Source of the DNA: Hyalangium minutum | Lineage (GTDB): Bacteria; Myxococcota; Myxococcia; Myxococcales; Myxococcaceae | DNA: 124,000 nt | Reading direction: 5' to 3' | Assembly (NCBI RefSeq): GCF_000737315.1 | Contig: NZ_JMCB01000003.1 | Span: 144,001 to 268,000 of the forward strand | In this document: positions 92,701-101,700 of the stretch, in pieces | How the letters are laid out: every line of letters begins with the position of its first letter | Position numbering within the stretch: the stretch's first letter is position 1 | Notes under the pieces: generated by a model | The model's database searches: none | Told to the model about the DNA's origin: nothing | What the model saw: the letters and a program-made list of their open reading frames with translations, nothing else | Made by a program: the position numbers and the translations under genes

Positions 92701-95700
92701 GGGAAGCGGCCGTGTCGGTGACGCTGGCGGATCGTCTGCCGCCCTCGGTGGTGCAGGGCACTGCGATGGAGCTGGTGGGCCCCGCGGGAGCCATCTCCGG
92801 CACGCGCACGGTGCAGGGCTCGGCGGTGCTGTTCCGGCCCTCGGCGGTGCTCACTCCCGGGGAGCGGGTGCAGGCGCGCGTCACGCTGGGCGCCACGCCC
92901 TATGTGGGCGGCACGGTCCTCGGGCCGTGGACGTGGTCCATCCTCCCGAGCGCGGAGGCTCCCTCCCTTCGAGTGGATGCGCTGGTGCCGGACCATGGAG
93001 ACGTGTCGGGTGGCTACCCGGTGGTGCTGGCGGGCGCGGGCTTCGACGCGCAGACGCAGGTGTGGTTCGGCACGCGTGCGGCCACGGTGGTGCCGCCGGT
93101 GTCCACGGACGCGATCCATGTGCTGGCGCCGGCCTCTCCGGTGCCGGGCCCGGTCCGCGTCCGCGTGAGCCCGGGGGTGGCGGGGACGCCGGTGGATGTG
93201 CCCGGAGGCTTCGTCTACCTGGCGCCGCTGGCGATCTCGCGGGTGACACCTCCCCGGGTGGACCTGGGCGGAGGCGCGGTGACAGTGGAGGGCACGGGCT
93301 TCAACCGGAGCCTCACCGCGCGGCTGGGCGGGCTCGTGGCGCCGGTGAGTGACTTCACGCCCACGAGCTTCAAGCTGAGCGTTCCGGCCGGTCCTTCCGG
93401 GTGGCTCGCGCTCGAGGTGGCGCAGGCGGGCACGCCTCCGGTGACGCTGGCTCAGGCCGTGCTGCGCGCCGACGGCGTCGCGCCCACCGTCACCGCGTGG
93501 GAGCCGCTGGACACGGTGGGCACTGGGCAGGTGCCGCTCAACTCCATCTTCACGGTGCGCTTCAACGAGCCCATTGATCCCGCCACAGCCACCCACGTGC
93601 GGCTCGTGCGCCAGGGCGGCACGGTGCCAGAGTCCGGGACCCACACCGTCGCGCCGGATGGGCTGAGCGTTACGTTCACACCGGCGGCGGCGCTGCCCTC
93701 CACCACGGCGTTCACGCTCTCGGCGGCGGGGGTGGCGGATCTGTTCGGCAACGCGATCGCGAACACTGCCGCGGCCCGGAAGGACTTCCGCTCTCGCGAC
93801 GTGGTTCCGCCCAACGTATACGTGCGGTTGGAGAGCAGCACCGAGCCCCTCGCGCCAGGGACTCTGCTCGCGGCGGAGGTGTCCTGGAGCTTCCGGGTGG
93901 TGGCCTCGGATGACAGCGGCCAGGTGAGCCTCCGCCAGCTCTGGGTGGACGGAGCGGCCGTGAGCGTGGATTGGGACGGGAAGGCCACCTACCGCTGGCC
94001 CGCGATCATGAGCTCGAGGCCCTCGACGCTGAAGGTGCGCGCCGAGGACAGCGCGGGAAACGGTACCGAGTCCGAGGTGACGGTGCAGGTGGTGGAGGAC
94101 ATGCCGCCCACGGTGGCGATCACCCAGCCCTCCACGCCAGTGGTGCAGGTGGAGCAGGGCGTGTCGCTCACCGTGGCGCTGGCCGCGAGCGACAACCATG
94201 GTGTCTCGGCGGTGGAGCTGCGGCTGGACGGGGTGCCGATCAAGCGCGCGAGCAGCCTGACGGGCACGAACGCCACGCTCTCCCATGTGCTGTACCTGCC
94301 CACGCAGGGCACCTACCAGCTCACGGCGCTCGCGATGGATGATCGGGGCCAGCTCACCAGCTCCGAGAGCGTGAGCGTGCAGGTGCTCCCGGACACGACG
94401 CCGCCGCAGTTGGCGTGGGTGTTGCCCATGGCAGGGACCAAGCTCATCGGCGGCGGGCGCTACCCGTTGCAGGTGTCCGCCACGGACCTGAACGGAGTGG
94501 CCGAGGTGTCGTTCCGCATCGATGGCCAGCTCGTGGCGACGCGGACGGCCCCGCCCTGGTCGATGGACTGGGACGCGCCAGCGGTGACGTCCGCGGGGAC
94601 CCGCCTGCTCGAGGCTCGCGCGCGAGATGCGCAGGGCAACGAGGCCGGAGCCAGCCAGACGGTGACGGTGGCGCCGCCCTCGACTTCACGGCCCACGATC
94701 GTGCTCGATGGGTTTTCTACTTCTTACGGCTACCCCGAAGGGACGGCGGTCACGGTCCGAGCGCGTGTGACGTCGGAGATCCCGCTCCAGAGCGTGCGCC
94801 TGTCGCTGGGAGCGGAGACGGTGACGCTCACCCAACCGCCCTGGCAGCTCACGTTCGTGGCACCGCGAGTTCCGCCGCCCTCGCAACTGGTGAGGCTCCG
94901 CGGCACCGCGGTGGATCTCCTGGGGCGCGAGAGCTTCCCTGTGGAGTACGACGTCACCGTCCAGGACGACGGGCGGCAGCCCGTGCTCGCGCTGGACATG
95001 AACCCGCAGGGCCCTTCGCTGCTGGGCGGTTCCACGCTCCAGGTGGGGGGCCTGGATGGCGGCGTCCTGACAGGCACGGTGGTCCGCGTGAGCGAGGTGC
95101 TCCAGCCCGCCGAGACGGACGGGGGCTACACCCTGCCCTTCGAGCCAGAGGCGGCGCCTGTGCGCGTGTCCGCGCGAATGGATGCGTGGGACGGCGGCAT
95201 GGTGACGCTGGAGCGGCAGGGCACGCTGACGGCCTTTGCCAACGGTGCCACGGTCTCGGTCGCGGCCGCGGACGAGCCCGTGCTGGATCTGGCCACCTCC
95301 GGGCCATGGGAGTGGGTGGCCCGCGATCAGAGCGGTGGGCACACGCGCCTCGAGCTCCGGGATGCGGCCACTCAGGCCCTCACGGCCGAGCGCTCGCTGG
95401 ACGGGACCGCGGTGGCCGTGGCCTTTGAGCGGGGCCGGGCCGTGGTGGCGCTGCGCACCGGAGGGCGCGGCCGGGTCGACATGATGTCCGTGCCTGCCCT
95501 GGAGACGGTCGGCTCGTTCTCCGTGCGCAGAATCCCCCGCGCACTGGAGACCACTTCCTTCGGTCTGGCGATCGGGACGGACGAGGGCCTCGAGCTGTGG
95601 AGCAGCGGGGGCATGCTCGCCTCGCGACTGCCCCTCGGGGACGTGCTCGGGGTGTCCGCCGAGGGTGATCGCCTCGCGGTGCTGACGAACAGCACCTTGT

Positions 95701-98700
95701 ATGAAGTGGATGCGAGCGTGCCGCATGCTCCGGCGCTCGTGGCCTCCGTGCCTGTGGCAGGAGCCACAGGGGTGGTGGCGCTCGCGGATGCCCGCAGGTG
95801 CGTGGTGGGAGCCACGGCGCGGTGCTTCCGCGTGGAGGGAACCGCCTTGACGCTCCAGGGTGAAGCGCGGCTGCCGGACACGGCGATCGCCGCCGACGGT
95901 CCGGGGCCGTGGCTCCTGGCGGGCACGGCCAGCGGTCTGTCCGTGGTGGATGCGCGGGGAGCTCCCTCGATGGCGGGGTACTACCCGGCACTGGCGGGGC
96001 GGGTGGCTGCAGGGGACGGCCGCATCGTCGCGGCGGCGCCGGGCCGCAGCTCCCTCCTGAAGCTGCGGCGGAGCGTGGGAGCGCCCACGGTTCACCTGGA
96101 GCTTCCTCCCTCGGCGGCTCCTGGCGCGCGGGTGCCCGTGGTGGCCAGCGTGGAGGGGCTCTCGGACCCTCGGGATGGCTACACGGCGGAGCTGCGTGTG
96201 CGCGGCACGGCTGTCCAGGTGCTCAAGGGGCGGCTGCCGCAGTCCGTGGATCTGCCGCGTGACGGCACGGCGGCGCAGGTGGCCCTGCGGGTGGTGGATC
96301 TCGCGGGCCATGAGGCGCTCGCGCAAGGAACCGTGGCGCTCGTGGATGATGGGGCGGGCCCGGCGCTGGCGGCGCTGCAGGCGCGGGCGGAGGTGCCCTC
96401 GGGCGCCTTCTTCTCGCTGGCGGCGGTCCCGGCGGATCCCGCGCGGGTGGCCTCTGTCGAGTACTCCGTGGACAGCACGGTGCTGGGACGCGCGGATGCT
96501 CCGGCGCTGGCTTGGCGGCTGCGGGCTCCCACGGTGTCCACGGACACGGCCTTCACGGTGAGCGCGGTGGCATTGGACGCGCAGGGCCGCCGGGGCGCGC
96601 CGGTGCAGGCCTCGGTCTGGGTGCGGGCAGGAACGGGGGCGGCACTGCCCACGGTGTCCCTGGCGCGCGTGGGCACCGGGTCGATCCAGGAAGGCACGGA
96701 GGTGAGGGTCCGGGCCACGCTCACGCCGTCGGTCCCCGTGGCCGAGGTGCGCTTCAAGATGGACGGAGAGGAGCAGCAACGCCTGATGCTTCCCCCGTAT
96801 GAGGCGGTGCTGCGGATGCCGGTGGGAACGGGCTCGCGCGGCGTCACAGTGGAGGCGGTGGCGGTGGATGACCAGGGCCGCGAGTCGGCCGCCGCGCTCC
96901 TACCGCTCACGGTGGTGGATGACCTGACGCCTCCGGTGGTGGCCCTCGAGGTGGATCCCTCGGGAGAGGTGCTGACAGCTGGGAGCCGTGTGCGAGCCAC
97001 CGCGATCGCGTCCGATGGAGGAGCGCTCGAGTCCTGGTCCGTCCGGGCGCTGTTGGCGAACGTGGAACTGGCCAGCGGAGGTGGCCGGCTGGACTTCACC
97101 GTGCCCGCGAGCACTCCGGCCGGGACCTTGGTGGAGATCGTCGCCACGGCGCGGGATGTGGCGGGCAACGTGGCGACGAGCCGGGTGACGAAGACGGTGC
97201 TGGCCCCCGTCCTGCCCGACGGCGGCGTCGTGGTTGCCGGGGACTTCGTGGGAGCGGACCGCCTGACCCTGCGCGGGGACTTCGTCTATGCGACGACCCC
97301 GAGAGGACTGGCCGTGGGGCGGGTGCGGTGGGGAGAGACGCCCACGATCGAGCCGGTGAGCTTCCTCGCCACGGACGTCGCGCCTTCCTCGTTGGCGGTC
97401 CAGGGCCCGTGGGCGGTGCTGGTGCTGCCAGGGAGAGGGCTGTCGATCGTCAACATCGCGGATCCGGCGCAGCCCCGGGTGCGCGGCACGCTCGCGGGCA
97501 CCTTCACCAAGGCCCTGGCAGGGGATGGGCTCTATGTGCAGGGGAACTCCCTTTTCGAACTCGATCTGGAGGTGCCCTCCACTCCCGTGCTGAGGAACAT
97601 GGCGGTATCGGCAACGGCGGTGGACGGCACGGCCGACGGGGTCGTCTTCAACTCCTACTCCTACCTCATGGTCCGCGCGCGGCTGACCAGCGGCCTCAGT
97701 GGCTACCTGTCGCTCCTGTGGCCCGTGGGAGTGCCTCAGACGGCTCGCTGGAACGATGGGAAGCTGCTGGTCGGGACGGATCGCTCTCTCGCCGTGCTCG
97801 TCCGCAGTGGGGACAGCCTCGGCGTGGCCCAGGAGGTACCGCTGCCCGCGGGGGTTCGCGCCATGGCCGTGGCGGATGGCCGGGTCTGGCTCGCCTGCAC
97901 GGACGGCAAGCTGAGATGGGTGGACGTCCGCAACCCCACGGCTGCCCAGGTCATCGCCCAGGAGGCGCTCCCGGCCCGTGCGCTCGAGGTCTCCGGAGGG
98001 TTGATGCTCGCCACGACGGCGCAGGGGATCTTCGTGCGCCGGCTTCCGAACCTGGGCGCGGCGGGCAGTGCTCTGAGTACCCCGGTGGGAGGTCTGACCC
98101 TGGATGACGCGCCTCGGGCGGTGACGTCGTTCCGGCGGGGCGTATTGGTGGCGGCAGGGCTCGCCGGCGTGCAGCGGATCGTCCTGGACGATCCTTCCCA
98201 CCCCAGCCGCGTCTCCCAGTCCGTGGCGGGGTTGGCCCTGAAGCAAGTCGAGCGCACGGGCGAGCAGGTCTTCACCCTGAATGGCACGACGCTCTCGATC
98301 CACGTGGAGCAGTGGGATGGAAGCCTGGTGAGGGATGGCGGTGCCTCGGATCGGCTGGCGGCGCTCGGCAGCGTGGAGCGCTTCGCCGTCTCGCCGAGGA
98401 GGCTGTGGGCGGTGTCGGGAGGCACGGTGTCCTCGATGGGGCTGCCCTCGGTGGATCAGAAGGTGTCCCTGCTGCTGGGCTCCGCCACGCTGGACGTGGC
98501 GGGAGACGAGACGCGTGCCGTGGTGGCCCTGGGCCGCGCGGGCGCGGCGGTGGTGCTGGTAGATGGCGCGGGGACGCTGAGGCTGGGCGCGATGATTCCG
98601 GAGGTCCACACGGACGCGGTGGCGGTGGACGGCGACCTCGCGCTGCTGGGAGGCCCCTCGGGCTTGGCGGTGGTGGATCTCAGCGCTGCGAGCGGGCCCG

Positions 98701-101700
98701 TGCGCCGGGCCTCGCTGCCCACGGCGGGAGCGGTGCGCCGTGTGAGGCTGGAGGGGCGGCTGGCCCTGGTGAGCGAGGGCTCGGCGGGAGTCGAGCTGTG
98801 GAATGTCTCCCAGCCCGCCGCGCCGGTGCTCCTGGGCAAGCTGTCCACGCCGCGCGCCGAGGACGCGGTGGTGGCCGCGGGGCACATCGTCGTCGCGGAC
98901 AGTGTGGCGGGCGTAAAGGTCTTCTCCCTCCCCGCGGCTGGGGTGAACCCGGTGGTTCGGGTGGTGCCGGACGCGTCCAGCGTGGAGGCGGGGTCCTGGC
99001 TGGAGGTCTCGGCGCGGGTGTCGGGCGTGCAGGTGGATACGGCCGAGCTGCTCGTGGAGGGGCAGGTGCTCAGCCGGATGGACGAGCGGGCGGCGGTGGG
99101 CCGCTACCTCGTGCCAAAGCAAGCGGTGGTCGGCCGAGAGCTGGCGGTGCAGGTCCGGGCGCGCACCGCCTCCGGAGCCGAGACACTGTCGGCTCCGGTC
99201 TTCGTGAGGGTGTCAGCGCCCACGAACCTGCCGGAGATCGTCCTCTACCCGAACTCGCCCAACTCCGGCTGGTCGTACTACTCCGCGAGCAGCATCTCCG
99301 TGTCCGCGGTCTACGGGGGGGCCCTGGCCCCCGTCTCGGCGCGGGTCCGCTGGGCGGGACAGGACCTGGGAGCGCTGACGGTCATGGACACCTCCATCCA
99401 TGGGGAGCTGCGCATGCCGGTGGTGGGAGCGGACACGACGGGGACGCTGGAGTTCGTGCTCGTCGATGCGGCGGGGCGGATCAAGACGGCCTCCGTCCCG
99501 TCCATCAGGGTGCTGGCTCCCCAGGATCCGCTCCCCCAATCCGTCTACGGGCTGCCCTCCCGCCTGTACTCGGCGCCCTATGACAACGCCTTCACGGCTC
99601 AGGCCTACTGCTACACTTGGTGCAACGTGCGCGTGGAGCGCAATGGCGTCACCATCGCGAGCACCCTGAGTACCTCCCCGTACACCGGGTGGCGAAGCCT
99701 GCCAGTCTCGCTGGTGCTTCCGGGAGAGACCACTGGAACGCAGCAGACGCTGACGATCGTGGCCGAGGACTCGGCAGGCCGTCAGGTCCGGCAGGAGCAG
99801 CGCTACACCGTGCTCCGGGATGATCTGGTCCCGTCGGTGTCCCTCTACGCGCCGTACTCCGCTTCCGAGGGCGCGACTGTCTCCGTCTCCGCCTACGCCT
99901 CGTTCCCACCGGGGCATCAGATCCGGTCGCTGCGGTTGTTGGCCAATGGGGTCGAGATCGCCTCCGTGGTGGGCCCCACGCTATCGGGCGTGCCCTATAC
100001 GTTCCCCAGTGTCAGCGTCACCTCGACCGTCCGCTTCGAGGCGATTGCCACCGATCACCTGGGGCGCGAGGGACGCGCGGAGCAACTCGCCCAGGTTCTT
100101 CCAGACGCGCCGCCCAGCGCATCTATGTATGCGTCCCCAACGCCTGTGCAGGGCTACCCGATCTACGCGTGCATCAATGCCGCGGATGACGTGAGGCTCA
100201 CGGCCGTGACCTTCAAGGCGGGAGAGGAGACGTTGTGGAGCTGCACGAGCGGCTGCTCGGCCTACTTCTCCACGTCCTTCTCCAAGTGCGTCCAGAGCGC
100301 GTCTCGCTACACAGGGAGCGAGATCGTCCTGAGCGCGGAGCTCACCGACAGCGTCGGCCATACTGTCACGGAGACGCGGCCCTACGCGGTGGCGCAGAAC
100401 CAGCCGCCGACGGTGACGCTAACGTCCAAGAGCTATCTGGTGGCCGGACAGGGGGGGACCCCTGTGTACGCGAGTGCCTATGATGAGGCCCACATGCAGT
100501 CGCTCAAGGTGCGGGTGGGCGACACCCTGATCGCGCAGAGCACCTCCTCCTACTATGCCCAGAGTGGTCTCTCCTGGAGCGGTTCCTACACGCCCAGCTC
100601 TCCGGAGTCGTTCGTTCTCGAGGCGGTGGCGGAGGATGGGGCGGGCCTACAGACCGTCCTGCGCAAGCAGGTGCCTGTCTTGCCCGCGGGGTCGGGGCAG
100701 AGCTGTGAGAAGCCCGTCCCGATCGGCATGGACCTCACGCTGAGGCCGCCTCAGGTGCAGCTGCAGAGCACGTTCTACTCGCGGTGTGGGACCTTCTATA
100801 CGGGCTCGTGGCACACCCTGCCGTTCGACGGGCCCGTCGAGGAGATCTCCTTGAGGGCCTATTCCGACTCTTGGTACTGGCCAACCCTCATCGTGAAGGA
100901 CGGCTGTGACGCCTCGGCGGCGCAGTTCTGTCCATATTCCTCGTCGTCTTCCGATGTCTCCACGCGCGCCACCTCGCTCTCCTCCCAGGCGCGTGTCTTC
101001 CTCTCTCAGGTCACAGGGGACGTTTATGTCTCCTTCGCCCGGCTGGGCATGGGCGCCCGGTGCATCCCGGGCTCTACCTCCGTGGTCTGCTCCAACAGCG
101101 TCTGCCGTGAGCAGAGCAGTGGTGAGTACCGATGCGCTCCCGAGGCCTGCAGGGATGGCCTGGACAATGACGGCGATGGGCGCGTGGACTTCCCAGCGGA
101201 GCCGGGCTGCACGTCCGCGACGGACGACGACGAGACAGACCCCGTGCCGCTCCCCACCTGCGCCAACGGGGTGGACGAGGATGAGGATGGGGCCATGGAC
101301 TGGCCGGCGGAGACGGACTGCCCCTCTGCCTCCAGCAACGGGGAGCACCCGACCTCCTGCCAGGTGACGCCGCTGACCCTGCTGGGCTCCCGCATGCGGA
101401 TCGACTTCTCTCAGGCCTCGAATCTGGACGATCTGGTGTGCAGCACCTCCGGCTCGGGGCCAGACCAGGTCGTGAGGGTGGAGGTGCCAGGCCAGGCCTC
101501 GCTCTCTGGATCGCTGATGGAGCCGTACGGGTACCCAAAGACGCTGGCGCTCCGAAAGAGCTGCACGGACGGAGGAGCGTTCCTCGCCTGTGCTCCGGCG
101601 GAGTGGCAATCGGTTTGGGATGATGGACGTTGGGTATCTCAGTCTGTGGCCATGACGAGCGCGGAGGTGGGGCCCGGCTCCTACCTGTTCGTGGCGGACT

